Source: Eledone cirrhosa
Lineage: Eukaryota
Assembly: GCA_964016885.1 (NCBI GenBank)
Contig: OZ024746.1
Span: 33,666,001-33,730,000, forward strand
Direction: 5' to 3'
DNA: 64,000 nt
Shown: positions 1-14,667 of the stretch, one piece after another
Layout of the letters: each line of letters starts with the position of its first letter
Numbering within the stretch: position 1 is the stretch's first letter
The notes under the pieces: generated by a model
The model's database searches: none
What the model saw: only the letters and a program-made list of their open reading frames with translations
Told to the model about the DNA's origin: nothing
Made by a program: the position numbers and the translations under genes

Positions 1-402
1 AATATTTCTAATATGCTAGAAGAATGTATATAATATATTGCTTAGAGATAGATATTGCGTTGCTTTGTTTCATTAAATATATTAAATCATTTTAATGACT
101 GAAAGTTAAACGTTAAAGAGGCATAAAAATGTACACATCACATAACATATGAGGTAACTCACTGTCGGCTAGCACTCGACATATCCTTATTTACATATGC
201 GTATATATAAAGAAACATACATGTAGGTTTAGAATGTAATATAAAGAAATAAAGTAAGATCAACAAATACTATTGATAAACACAACACACAAATCATAAA
301 GATTGTCCAATCACGTTAGCATTTCATCGCAGTCGGGCGTAAGCGAATACTCTGTATTTACACTAACGCAGACACACATCCATATACACGCTAACACATA
401 GG

Positions 403-437
<35 letters not shown>

Positions 438-653
438 TCCGTTGTACTCCTCCTCTTCAGGAAGGCGGAATATGTCTCGTTGTCTGTCTCAGCACTGAAA
501 ATATATGAGACTTATTTCGATTGTGTTATTGAGAGATTTTCCTCGAGTATAAAACTATCAACATCATGCATAGATTGTTGTAGGTTTCTGTTTCAAACAT
601 ATGTATTTATATACACACAAATTACACAAACAAGCCTTAACGGTTTTCTTATG

Positions 654-733
<80 letters not shown>

Positions 734-736
<3 letters not shown>

Positions 737-1487
737 AAAGTTAAATAAAAGTCAAATGATTAAAATTTAGCTTCGTTTATTACTGCTATATATATTTCAG
801 AAGTATTCAGTTTGTATTCAGTTTGAATACTTCTAAACTGTTAGCAGCAGCAAGATATAAGCTGACCACTACAACAACAACAGTACCAAAATAATGGTGG
901 AGGTCAAATGTACTGAACAATAGCAGGCATAAACACTACAGGGAGCCTCACCCCAGAAAGAATTCTATAGACTTCTGACTGAGGAATGCTCTCAGAACTG
1001 AACAATGGGAAGTTTGACACATTTTTTGATATTTTGTTCCTTCAACACCTTGTCCCTTCTACCACTTTATCAATTTTTAAGCTAACTCCAACAATGACAA
1101 CACTAATAACTGACCAATGAGAGGAGAAGGGGACCTGTGACACTAAAATTCGTTTGTTTGAATTCATATGACTCCAGTTCCCCAGTGAATTAACAACCCA
1201 ACAAGGAACTGGGCATATCAGAGTATTGACAATATCATACACCTAAACAACATATGTACTTGTCTATACCATACTAATTCAAACTGCCTGAAGAGGTCAC
1301 AGCCAAAGATGGCTGTCACTGAAATATATATAGCAGTAATAAACGAAGGTAAATTTTAATCATTTGACTTTTATTTAACTTTATTTTACACTACTCCGGA
1401 GTAACCAAACCAACCTGCGCACTTCGTCGAGTGCTCCAGCCTGCATACTGAGGTGTTGGTATACAACCAACATAAACTCAAAATCTC
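734..1487 (+). mobile_element. Fold-back PLE 3'-end insertion in (TA)n (inverted arm 734-800 vs 1319-1385, plus tail)
   Basis: aataaagttaaataaaagtcaaatgattaaaattt...ttcag at 734-800 is the reverse complement of 1319-1385; hammerhead at 1283-1337; (TA)n on both sides. Confidence 0.75.
1283..1337 (+). ncRNA. Type I minimal hammerhead ribozyme
   Basis: stem I actgc/gcagt; core CTGAAGA; stem II gtcacagcc-aaagat-ggctgtcac; GAAA-T-ATAT-A-TA; AATAAA follows at once. Confidence 0.85.
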
Positions 1488-1521
<34 letters not shown>

Positions 1522-1581
1522 ATTGCATGCACACACTTACAGACAGGAAAATTCACACACATGTGAATATATATATATATA

Positions 1582-1674
1582 CAGGGTGTCCGAAAAAATT
1601 TGACATCATTTAAAAAGCAAATATCTCGAAAACTACTAAGTCTAGCTCAATGATGTCAAATTGTTTGGGACACC

Positions 1675-1677
<3 letters not shown>
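1582..1677. mobile_element. 96-bp Tc1/mariner-type MITE
   Basis: TIRs cagggtgtccgaaaaaatttgacatcatt / aatgatgtcaaattgtttgggacaccctg, flanked by TA. Confidence 0.8.
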
Positions 1678-1747
<70 letters not shown>

Positions 1748-1749
<2 letters not shown>

Positions 1750-1948
1750 AACGAGTAGGACCCCGACGGCTGAGCTCAGGCCGTTTGGACGGCTAATTCT
1801 GGATATTTTAGTCCAGAATTAGCCGTCGAAACGGCTTGAGCTCAGCCTTTGGGGTGCTACTCGTTCCTATTACCCACTCTACTACCCTAAGTATTGAGTA
1901 CTTTGGTGCGTTATGGTCCACCTGGTTCCTTACCACATTTCCTTCGTT
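1748..1948 (+). mobile_element. Mini fold-back copy of the 52.6-56.5 kb PLE terminus (family A)
   Basis: palindrome 1748-1867 plus 81-bp tail ending ccttcgtt; closely matches the reverse complement of 52593-52735; embedded in (TA)n. Confidence 0.9.
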
Positions 1949-1952
1949 ATAT

Positions 1953-1986
<34 letters not shown>

Positions 1987-2854
1987 ATATATGTTTTGCA
2001 AGGTTTTTGATATGAAATCGTGTGTTGAAATGAATATTCTTACAAACGGGGAGGGTGATATTGATATAATATTGCCAGAAACACGCATGACCGCACAGAT
2101 AAACAATGAACTATGCCACGTGGCTTGAACCTGTAAGTGAATTGAAGGTTCTGTAACTCTGATACACAGATTATTTATAATTAAGATGTATAAACTTGAC
2201 ATAACTATTATCATCTTATTATCATCTTATATTCTCTCAACTAATCACATTTGATCATATTTCTCTATCCCGTTTTCTCCCCCCATAATTATTATATTTT
2301 TATTTTTATTTGAAAAAACCGGTTTTTTTACATTGTGTTTTCCCCTCCAAATATTCGCTTATATTTCTTTATACATTCTCTATATATTTTTTTACATAGA
2401 TATATATTTTTTTAATCTTTATTATTTCCACTGTTATCCTCCTTTATATTTTACCTTATTCTTACTTTTATACCTTATAGTGTAATCTTCCCCATGCCTT
2501 ATTATACACTATTAATTATAGATTATTATTATTACTCTTTTTCCATTTCTAATTACCTCATGTACTTTCTCCTCCGCTATATATATATATATATATATTG
2601 TATGCCCTTTGTGTTTGTGTAGCCTCTGCACACCCTCTGCACCATACTATCGACGCCACCCCATCTATGGTTCAGCTAACCACTCGACTCCCGGGAATGA
2701 ATATGACCGCAGCTAGTAAACAAGGACCCACACCGCACTCTCCCGCACCAAACTTAGACTTATCGTCCCCTACTTTTGGTCTTTACTCTCTTTACTCTTT
2801 GTTCTTGAATGTTTGGTTGGTATAGTCCATAACACCAATCAAACCCCTTTTATA

Positions 2855-2899
2855 GCTCTGACGAATCCTACGGTTACGTAAGGAAGAAACATTGTAAGC
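2855..2899 (+). ncRNA. Type I hammerhead ribozyme at the 3' end of a degraded PLE-like segment (about 2000-2942)
   Basis: gct-CTGACGA-atcctacg-gtta-cgtaaggaa-GAAA-cattg-TA-agc, then caataaa. Confidence 0.8.
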
Positions 2900-2937
2900 C
2901 AATAAAAATCTTTTGATGTTGTAGACGCTCTTGTGTT

Positions 2938-2988
<51 letters not shown>

Positions 2989-3009
2989 TTATACATATAT
3001 ACATATGTG

Positions 3010-3063
<54 letters not shown>

Positions 3064-4654
3064 CATATATACATATGTGTATGTATGTATATATGTATAT
3101 ATATATATATATATTTTTTTTTTATTTGAATTCAGTTTGAGTTATTAAAATTAACTTTGAAAATTTTGTGAGCTGTTTCTTTACTAATAAATTCTCATTC
3201 ACAGCTATTTAACTATATACCGAATAGATAATGCTAAATGACATGGATTTCTAAACTTACGTCTTCTTTTTAGCTGTAAAAGCTGTTCAGTCTAGATTTT
3301 ATTATCCAACACAAGAAAATGAATTAGATATTTTCTTAAAATATCGTTTAAATAGTATATCCTATAAGGCTAAGAACCATGTAAGTTTTGATTGACTAAT
3401 TCATTGTGTAAATTATCTAATATTCGTAATAATGGTATAATCGCTATCTGAACAACTATGCAGGTAAAATCCTGTATTTTTTATATATATGTAGGTGTGC
3501 TTGTGCTTGTGTGGGTATGTGTGTGTGTGTGTGCGAGTGATTATGTATGCGTGTTTGTGGGTGTGTGTGGGTGTGTGTGCGTATGTGTGTGTGTGTGTGC
3601 GTGTGTATCGGTGTATGTCTCTGTGTGTATTTGTGCGTGTATATGTATGTGTATAAAGAGGGTGTGAGAAGGACCTACACGCTCGAATTTGTTCCCGCAA
3701 CTAATATAAGGCCTTATTCCTACCTTCCATAATATCATATTCCATTCCTGAATGAGCATTTTGATTTGTTTTGTTTTTTGTCACTAAATTGTAGCTTTCA
3801 GTTGCTGGTGATTTCATCACCTTCTATTGAAATCAGTGTGGCGATTAGGAAAGGATCCTGTTGGATTGTGGTTTGTACGCCTCCTGCATAAACATTTGAA
3901 GTGAAATGTTAGGCATATTTAGTGGGAACTTTAACCATGGAAACTTATAAGTAAAATTGAAACGTGAGGAAAATATTAGAATATGTTCAAAGGAGTGTGC
4001 GAATGCAAACATACACCAATAAACCCCAGTATATTATATATATTTATTGTTTATTTCAATTTTATTTCTTTTCTTTATTTGGCTATTTTATTAAGCTATA
4101 TATTGTAAAGATGTTCCTTGATTTGTTTTTTGGATTACCGTTTTCTCTGATCCATTGAACTTCTATAAAATATTCTTGCCTAGAACTCAGCAACTTACGA
4201 ACGGTATAATGAATAATTGACATGCATGCTTACGCGAAAATATTATTGCAGAATATGTATTGAATAGAGAAATGCATTCATTTTCCTGTGGTCACGAAAC
4301 CAACTGAATAATAATTATTTCTTCAATGACAATTACTTCAAAGGAAACTATTTTCATTTTGTACAATATGCATATTTCTAATGTTCGAAATTATTGCCAG
4401 CCTTCATTTTGCATACAAAGCATCATTGGAAATGCTCTCTAAAATGACAGATTTTCGACTCTTTAAGTCTATGGTTTTCACTAATAATTACGCATGCACT
4501 TATGAGAAAAAAATATCTATATAATATTAACAATAATAACAATATTGTTATTATTGAGTGGAAACTTTATCAGAGGGTTTAAAGCTCGATTAAAGCTCGA
4601 TGCAATGGTGCAATGGGGTTCACGCATTGACTCTTTCGTGCTTTTTATAAACAT

Positions 4655-4694
<40 letters not shown>

Positions 4695-4847
4695 ACGTAT
4701 ATCATTAGTTATAAAACATGCGAACACTTATATCTATACAGCTATGTTGATCGAACAACATGATTATATATAGAGGAGCATAGAGTGCTCAACCCGCATA
4801 GCGCCTGTGGACGCATCTTAGCTACCATAAGAGACACACACACACAC

Positions 4848-4955
<108 letters not shown>

Positions 4956-4993
4956 ACACACACAGACATATATATATATATATATATATATAT

Positions 4994-5320
4994 ACACTCT
5001 GTCTAGCTCTACGCCTCGACACGGAAGTGAACCTAAACCTCGATTGCTCACCCGGGTGAAGCTACAGTAACTTGGAGTTACTGTACGTTCACCCTCGTGA
5101 GCCCTCGATGTTTAGGTTCACTTCGGAGTCGAGGTGTAGAGCTAGACAGAGTGTACAGGGGAGACTTAGCTTGATAACGACCAAGAGTCAGAAATGGCCG
5201 CCGGTACGGTCCATCTTGCTTCTGCTGGAACTCACTATGTGCCACCCAGCTGCCAACAGCTTCAGAAAATTCATATCTAAGGGCTTTCAATCGTTTATTC
5301 GTAAATATGCCCTATAACAT
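4994..5320 (+). mobile_element. Fold-back element (hairpin 4994-5155) with a downstream hammerhead-like motif
   Basis: acactctgtctagctctac...gtagagctagacagagtgt imperfect palindrome abutting (TA)n; TTGATAA...GAAA motif at 5171-5215. Confidence 0.55.
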
Positions 5321-7704
5321 TAGATATATCCCCCGCCCTATAATTAGGTTTGTGTGTCTTTCTCCCAATACACCCCACCCCACACATATATATATATATT
5401 GTATGAACAAACGGGAATTCATTGCATAGAAATTGTTCATGTTAATGTGTAAGCCATGGGTGTTAATCATATAGGCATGCAATTGTGTGAGAAATGTGGA
5501 TTGAACTAATAGACATGGCTTGCATTTATGTAAGAACCTTAGTGCATAACATCTGGTGTTGCAGTGAATTTTCCTGTGTACGAATAATAATAAATTAACT
5601 CAGTTTATATATATATAGAGCATTTATTCTGTTGATATTTCCTCTACATAAACACAACACCTATTCCACTGTGGAACCTATGTCCAAGGTGACACGTAGG
5701 CTGGTTGAACGTGGAAATACATAATTGTAGTCCACATACGGAATGAACATAGGACAATGAATGGTATTAGTTTAACTGTTCAACTTCATCGTTTCATCAA
5801 AAGGGTAATAAGAGAATAAGAAACGAGAGAGGAGCAGAGACGACTTAAGAAGAAAATAAATTGACAGCAATGAAAATTGATAATAATGAGTGTTATTTAA
5901 GAAGTGGACATCAATAAGTAAAGAGAATGAAACGGATTTTGCCGAAGCTTGAATGAGTTCGGAGTTTCTGAGTATAAGTGTGTAAGAGAGAGTGCTTTTG
6001 TGTTTGAGTTGGGGTGCGCAAAATCGAATGTGCTCTATAGTGACTGAATATTTGGGCTATTAACACACTGCACGTATGTTTTTTAATGGCTAGAGATATA
6101 AAAAAATGTATATATATATATAAATGATTATCTAAATGTAATTATTCCATGGATTACTGAGGATCACACTAAGATCAACCTCCTGCAGTAGTCCTGTTGT
6201 TGAGTCAAGGTCCACTGTGACATTCCTTGAACAGCGTTGCTCTAACTTGTAAACTCTAGTAACAGAACATGATTACTTATATACTTATATATATATATAT
6301 ATATATACATATAGTGAGATAGATAGATAGGTAGATAGATAGATTGATAGAAAATATGTGTGCGTGTGTGTGTTTGTGGCACTGTGTCAGCATTTTAGAA
6401 GCGGAACTCTTTGTTTTTATACCCAACATATGGTGTTCGACAAATCAAATTTCAATGAAACAAGTAAACAACCTGAATGAATCAGTGCACTGTGACTATT
6501 AAGAACTTTAAAATAATAACATGAAAATTGTTCACATGAACACAATAATGTTTCTGTCACTGGAAACTTAAAGTTATAGTCTTTAATTGAACGCGTTCGT
6601 TCTAACGATTTTTCTTAAGGGTAAACAGGTTTTTACAACGAAACATTTTGAATATTTAATACTAATCCCTTGTGAATAGGTTTATTTATTTAAAAAGCAC
6701 ACGCTTATTGTTTTATCTTTGTCGACAGTTTGACGCTAAGTGCATGACGGGACCTTGTATTTCATTACAACATCGCGCTAATATAAATATATAGTTAATA
6801 GGGCGAACATGGCATAGATATTCACCGGTTGCGATGATGAGCCTTTCAGAAGATCAAACAAAGAAAAATAATCACGGGAAAGTTATACGCAAGTCATTGG
6901 CGCTTCCATATATTCTTGTCCTTTTATCTTAACTAGGAGAAAAACCACCCCTCGGGCGGTTTTCTGCTAGCATATTTAATGTGGTTATATGCAACTATAT
7001 ATTCATGTAGGTATGACATGTCCAATAAAATTATAATTGACAATATACACAGAAATTGAAGAGAGACTGTGTTACACTCTCTTCTGTAATCAGTAACGTA
7101 ATCCATGATTCATTTAAAAAATACGATGTTAAATATAAACTGCAGTATGGGGAAATGTCATGAAACCTTATATAACTATACAAATATATGGATGTTTATA
7201 TAAGCCATGTAATAAGTGTTATAATATAACGGACGCTAACCGGAAGTGTAGACATTTGAAAATGTTAAAAGAAGTGAATCTTAAAATAAGCTATCATTAT
7301 ATATAAGAATATTTACGAAATTTAGTAGATTAGTTATGTAATATTCATTAATTATTTTTATTGAAAGTAACTTATTTTACTAACGAGATAAAAAAATTAA
7401 TTCGGGATGCAGTACCGCACTCCTCCCTATATTATAGTTATTATTATCTGACAGAGGAAATGTTTGACATATTGTTTGACAAGGCTAGCTCATTGAAATA
7501 CAAATGAAGTCAATACGGTAGGCTACCTGACAGTTAACGTCAAAAGAATAAGAATATGTCCAGTGTCTATGCGAAATATAAACTACCCGATATATGATGT
7601 AGTAGGCTCGAATGAGTGAAGAAGCAATATCTTAATCATGCAGACATGCTGTGGATTTTATGGTAAAATAGCCAGGTGTTTTTGTAGTTTAGTTTACATG
7701 AAGG

Positions 7705-7750
<46 letters not shown>

Positions 7751-9239
7751 CCTTTGATATCAAATCCGACTGTTGCACTGTTACTTCAAGAGTGGTATGC
7801 ATAGGTATGTGATAAACATATGATCTCTGTATCATCATCGTGACGTAATAGATGTGTTAAATGTTAAATTTTCATTTCCGTCACTCTTCATGGCAATTAT
7901 GTAGAAATAATGATATTAGGCTAATTTCAATTAGGCAAATCTGCCACATATAATTAAGACTTCAGTAGTACATACGAACCTCAAATCTTCACGTCAAATC
8001 TGTCTCCTTCTCTCACTCTTTCTATCTAACATTAAATATGTGTATATCTGTCTCTCTCTCTCCCTCCTCCTTTCTCAGCCACTCTCTGTCTTTCTCATTA
8101 TATATATATATATACTTAAACGCATTTACATATATTCATATGTATGTATTTGTTGTATTTGCATGTATGTTTTGTAAATGTATCTGTGTTGGAGCGCAAA
8201 CAATAATATGTACGCGTGTACACACTCCTGACATACATATACTAAGTGAATACCCGATGTTCGCTAGGATCAAAGCTGTATTAAACTGGCATCGTTCTTA
8301 ATGAAGTCATATTCAGTTTAATAGCGCATGATTGGTTCGCAGCAGTGCCATGTCTAATGTATTCTGCTACACCTATACGTTCATTATAAATAGTATTTTT
8401 CATATTTCGAATGTGTAAATTACATAACTCTATTACATGCAAATTAAGTACGAAAACCTGATAAATTGAATGTGAAAATGGTTTGAATTATTTATAGTGA
8501 TATTTCGCATAATAGCTTCAGCTTTTCTTAAAATTCCTTTTTAAATACGCATGGAAATAAAATCCTTCTCAAAACATGAAATCAGGACTGCATGGAAATG
8601 AAAGAAATTTTCCATTCGATTGACTAAGGTACAGACTATAGCCACTTCCAATTATTTTATGGAACATTATGGCGGCAAAGATAAAAAAGAGCACCATATT
8701 TCTTTCGCAGTTAATAGTTTTAGATTCATACATGCTAAACAGAATCTGAAGGCGTAAACATATTTTTGACGAGAGATCATACACGCACATATTTACAAGT
8801 CTGTGATTGTGTCATTCAGCTATTGCTATTGTGCAGAGCTCCTTCTTTTCAGAAGTAACCACGTCACATATTCAACATGTAGAATAGAAACTGCAAAATG
8901 CACCAGAAAGCTCAAGCAGAAGGGGAAACTAACAGGAAGCGCTAACGCAGTGAAATGAAGTTATTCATCAATGTAATTAACGGAAGGGAACTTGAGAGAA
9001 ACGTGCACGAGTAAGAGAATGAGGAATTGAGTACCTGATGAGATGAGGTGTAGGAAGTGATCGTTAAAGGATTACAGAAGAAATTAATGTATGTATTCAA
9101 ACACACGGAGCCCAACAGTCACACAGGCATACACACCCATACACCCACACGCATACGCATATATATATAATAAATATAGGGTTCGAATATTGGCAATGAA
9201 AACATCATATCTGTCCGCCCTCTTGTCTTTAGATCGGAT

Positions 9240-9745
9240 TGCAGAAAGGGTGGCTGAAAATGAACAGTATAAAGTCATATGGGACATGCCCTTCCAGTGG
9301 GACCATTGTATCGGGGTTAGAAACCCTGACATTGTTGTTGTACAAAAGAAGAAGAGCAAGGCATGTGTTATGAATATTGCTTCCCCGTGGGAACACAGGT
9401 TGAAAGGGAAGAAAAGTGGGAAATTTGGGAAATATCAAGAGTTGAAGAAAGAAATCAGAAAACTGCGAAGTTTCAGATACGAAGTGGTAACGATTGTGGT
9501 CGGCGCGTTGAGATCAGTTAATAAAAGTTTGGATGCATCGCTGGAGAGACTAGGAATTACCATCAGGACAGGATTGTTGCAGAAATCTGCGTTGCTAGGA
9601 AAATTTCAAAGGGTTTCGGAGAGTTGAAGGAGAAGGAATGAATCAAAAGACCTTTGGAAATTGTCTATGGTTCGCTCTTTTGGTATAATGTCAGTAAAGT
9701 ATCTGCCAGCTCAAACGCTTTACAAATAATAATGATAATGATAAC
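9240..9745 (+). mobile_element. 3' fragment of an R4/Dong-type non-LTR retrotransposon (restriction-like endonuclease domain)
   Basis: ORF 9091-9627 C-terminal part: KVIWD...RNPDIVVV...NIASP...KFGKYQEL...IVVGALRSV...LQKSALLG (RLE PD..D/KxxKY motif); (TAA)-like tail at about 9725-9745. Confidence 0.85.
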
Positions 9746-9782
9746 TAAATAAATATATACGTTTACAAATACATATAGGTGA

Positions 9783-9917
<135 letters not shown>

Positions 9918-9948
9918 TAGATAGATAGATAGACCGACATATATATAA

Positions 9949-9981
<33 letters not shown>

Positions 9982-10489
9982 TAGATAGACCGATAGATAG
10001 GGACCGGCCTCCTGACGCATAGGCCTACCTTGAGTGCTTAGAAAAGTAAATTTACCCTTCTTTCGGTAAATGAAACTACTCGGAACAGATTCACTAATCC
10101 CAGGGACCCGGCGCGCAGCCGGGATTTTTGACCGCCATATAGTACCTTTAAATTGGAGACCTAATCATAACTATTAGATGTATCATGCTTCCCTCTACTT
10201 AAACAAATCCCCCTCCTGAGTAAATTAATAGTACTGGTTTCGTACAAGGATGGCCTATCGATGAGGGCTGACTTCCCACTGGCGCACCTGAAGCCTATTA
10301 TACATTCCTAGAGTGCTTTGAAAAATTGATTTCCATATCTTTGGCTAAGCGATTTCACTCGGAAGGGCTGACACGCGGTAACGTTGGGCTGATGGAGCCT
10401 GCAGTCGCCACATGCTGTTTGACTGCTAAACAAAGACATAATCTTTACTCTATAATACAATTTAAGTTTCTTCATAAAAGACTCTTTCT

Positions 10490-11212
10490 TTACTTAAACC
10501 TCGCAACCAAAACCTTAAACATTTTAAACTGTTTAATTTTCAATTTTTTAATTTCTTTAATTTTATAATGTTAATATTAGATATTAAATTTTTGTAACTT
10601 CATCCTATAAATCTAAACAAAAATTTAACGTTCCAATCTTCTCCTCACACATTATAACATGCAAACCCCACTATATTTACCTCTGTTATAATATATACCT
10701 CTGTTAAGATACGGGTCCTTTAGAATAAACTTTTTTTTTCGCGCCATTCCTGGCCTGACTAGCTTGACATTAGTACGGACTTTTCTTCCTCTTTCTGTCT
10801 TTCTTTTTGTAGCTCGACATTAATGCTGACTTTCCTTCTTCTTCCTTTTCTTCTCCCTTCTTTCTGTCTTTTTTCGTGTAGCATGACATTAACGCTGACT
10901 TATCTTCCTCTCCCTTTCTATTTGACCGGGAGGGTAGTGGCCCACTATAAGCGTTACGCCCCTCACCAGATGGCTTCAAGTAGACCGAATAGCCAGCACT
11001 TGAGAGCGACCGGCTAAAGTGGAAGATGCTAGCTGGTCGGTCGTCCTCCGGTCTTTGATTTTCAGCGCCATGGATTTTATCTATTACATTCATTTATTGT
11101 ATTTCGAATACCTGATGATATCACCGGATTCATACGGAACCCGGTCATTGAAATGATCATAGTATAATAAACCTTTCAAGGATTTACACAAGTCCAGCCT
11201 CCTGTCATTTTA
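10490..11212 (+). mobile_element. PLE-type 3' UTR/pLTR, homologous to 25683-26375(-)
   Basis: shared hammerhead and flanks (aaatccatgg; ccagcctcctgt.attttat) with the minus-strand copy; ends in (TA)n; 5' limit uncertain. Confidence 0.65.
11108..11165 (+). ncRNA. Type I minimal hammerhead ribozyme
   Basis: atac-CTGATGA-stem II (atcaccggattc/gaacccggtcat)-GAAA-T-GATC-A-TA-gtat, followed by AATAAA. Confidence 0.85.
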
Positions 11213-11221
11213 TTATAATTA

Positions 11222-11253
<32 letters not shown>

Positions 11254-11259
11254 GTTAGG

Positions 11260-11309
<50 letters not shown>

Positions 11310-11335
11310 GAAATATATATATATATAGAGACAGA

Positions 11336-13496
11336 GAATTCACAAGAATTAAAGCTATGTTCAAATCATTTATTCACTTACAATTGTTTCATCCAACCCT
11401 AGGCTTGGTGTCTTCGGAGCATTTTTCAATGTTTGTACACGTGATTGACCTCATTTCCAACGCAAGAGACATACAGATACATATGTATATATTGGTATTC
11501 AGTCAAAATCAATATCAAAATTAAACCAAATTTAAAACAAAATTAAAACAAAATGAAAATAGATTCGGCAGTTAACATAGGTAATGCAAGAGGATAGTTT
11601 GTTAGTCAGATGTAGTAGTGATTGTATGCGTTAGTTACGTGTGTCTCATTCATATATGATTATTGTGTGGCAGGGTGTTACATGTAATACAAGCACTTTA
11701 CGTGGGTAAGCAAGAGTATTATGGAGGTTGCAGTGGTAAGGTATTTTTTGTATATAATGAGAAAGTATTTGTGCAGAAAAATAGAAATAGCAAGGAGAAG
11801 CAAAAGAGAGTTATGGTTTTCGTATCCACCACCATTTTCACATTTAGGAAATGTAATATATAGTTTATACATCCATCACATAATTAACGATGGTTCCGTA
11901 TTGGATGTTTGATGCATTAAATTAAATTATTTTAACTTATTGCGGCTCAGTGTTCTTTAATCCAGTTTTATAGAGTAGGTTGTTTCTGCTGCGAGAATAT
12001 ACATCGGTTTATTATCCGGAAGTATGTGTGTAATTAAGGGGGGTTAATGCGTAAGGGGAGGTAACTAGCTGATTTCCATAACTAAATTACTGTTCTAACT
12101 TACATTATAAGGTGTCTCAATTGAGTCCCTTATATAGACGGTTATATATTTATATTCAGTTTCCAATTTTAAACCCAGTCTACTTTAGCATGATGTACTA
12201 AAGGTATTTATATTAGGATAATTACTCCCTATCATAGAGTGCTACAACTGTATATTCCATATAAAGAGCCCTATCTTTATATCAAAGTTCTCTGCAAATG
12301 TAGTCTACTCACAGAACATGTCAGGGGGCGTATTAGTACTATGTCTACATAACCCCTGGTAAGTTCTGGAGCAGCGTATGGCTGTCTGCATGGCAAAGCC
12401 AAATACATTTCTATGGCAGACAAAATCATCCCCCATTTACAATCTCATTAATCTATCCATCAAGTTGACCCTGCATATATAACTCACTTATCATTCATAC
12501 ATAATTCAATTCAATTCAATTCACTCAACATATAGGTTATACAGATCTCTCATGTTAATAAATTAATCTTATATATATCCAATGTTATCACTCCATACAT
12601 ACAAATACATTTGCATAGATAATTCATTGTCGAATATGGTGTTTAAAGCTTACATAGACTGCATTGTATAATTATAAGTGATACCCCATGAACACCCACC
12701 CCTAGTATAACCACCCTCAACCGCTATATAATTATAAGCAGTTGAAAGTAATTACCCCAAAAGTAGGTGCCCATGGGGACATTTCTAGGGTATAAAGTTA
12801 TAGACAGATGGAATGATTTGTGTTGAGATAGAGTGGATCAGAGAGTGTGGATTCGTACTGGTGTGTGTGTGGTTATTACTCTTATTACTATTTTTACTCA
12901 TGGACATATTGTGCGAAATAATGCTGTAACTATGTGTTACAACATCAAAAAGAAGAAAAGAAAGAGAGCAAAAAAGAAGGGAGAGAAGAAAAGAAGAAAA
13001 CGAAAAAAGAAAAATGAAGGAGGAGAGAGGGACATAAGTATTGGTTACTGTGGGTAATTAAAGCGATTAGATTCAATAAGAGGGTAGAAAGTCTAAGTAT
13101 ATGCAGTTTGTCAGGTGGTAGTAGGAAGTTAAGGGTTCGATTTGAACTTGTAGTGCGAACATATTTCTTTAAGTCTATGGTTGCAATAAATTGGTCTTTT
13201 GATTTTATTGTTGAGTAACTTATTCTTCGAACTCAAAATGTGGAATAGTTAAAGGTCACATAACCGACAGCTTCTCATACCACTCCGATATGCAGGTGCA
13301 TTCGATAATGTCCTCCACTTCAGGGTGTATTGCTGGTTACTTTCCCTCAGTAGCCAGGTCTTGTTCACAAGGGTATTTAGATAACGATGCTGGGAATGTT
13401 TCAATGCGTAACGATGTGTATACCAACGAGCTTTAAATGTACTCCCAGTCGCTCCGATGTAATACCATTTCTGGTTGTCTGATTCGACCGTGCATT

Positions 13497-13497
<1 letters not shown>
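11336..13497 (-). mobile_element. 5'-truncated Penelope-like element: GIY-YIG C-terminus, about 1.8-kb 3' UTR and hammerhead
   Basis: 13497-13130 reads QCTVES...YYIGATGSTFKARWYTH...LKWRTLSNAPAY...CRLCDL*...LLNNK...CNHR, colinear with the C-terminus of the 53847 ORF; hammerhead at 11376-11420. Confidence 0.8.
11376..11420 (-). ncRNA. Type I hammerhead, C4 variant (CCGAAGA)
   Basis: reverse complement gct-CCGAAGA-caccaa..ttggat-GAAA-C-AATT-G-TA-agt, then gaataaa. Confidence 0.7.
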
Positions 13498-13556
<59 letters not shown>

Positions 13557-14593
13557 GGGGGGGGGGTATGTGTGTGTGTGTGTGTATATGTATATATATA
13601 TATATATATATAATATAGACACAGACACATCGACACAGAAGCACAGACGCACGCACACATACACGCACATACCCAACCCCTATATATATATATATAAAGT
13701 CTGTGAAAGTGTCATTCTGCAAGATCACAGATATGCTAAACAGAAAAAAAATTACTATCATTATTTTTTAGACTAGTGTATATATATACTCTCACTGCAT
13801 GTATATCGTTGTAATCAATTTATGAATGTATGTGTTTATTTTCGCTGCATATGCGCAAGTGTCTTTTTAAATTTTGAAGAAACCATTTGAGTGATATATC
13901 AACTGATTCTCTCTTTTTTCATGTCTATATACTCTAATAAACTTTTGGCCTTTCCCTCTTTCTCTCATTTTCTCTGTTACATCCTTTCTCTCACTCTCTC
14001 TGTCATATCCATTATATAAACAGCGAACACTCCCACACATATAGACAAATTATATATTCGAATAATTCCTCTCTTTCCTTCTATTAATTTTTTTACCTAA
14101 TCATATTTTATTTTCTGAATATCCATCAACACGAAATACTTAAGTGAATAACCTGAGGTGTTAATTATAGATAATTGAATAACTGAATTTTCAAGACGTC
14201 TACTGACACTTGTAACCTAACATCACTACTCCATATTCTCAACATATTAACATGAAGCTTTTTAATTAACTGAGGTTACAGAATCAAATGACTCTTAATG
14301 AATATTTCTGAACATATATCAGACACAGATGCAAAGATTCGTCGACACAAAACACACACATATACAGACACACACATGCACGCATTTACAAACATACGCC
14401 AACGCACACATACATACATATACATAAACACACAAAAAATGAAAATATGAGAGATTGACAGACACCTTGGATATTACATCCTTCATCTTCTTCAAAGGAA
14501 TGTCTTTGAGGTAGGTTAAAAGACGTTTGATAACCGCGTGTGTATGCTAAATATATAGCCAAATGCTGGTGATTGACAATCGATAACGTATTC

Positions 14594-14667
<74 letters not shown>

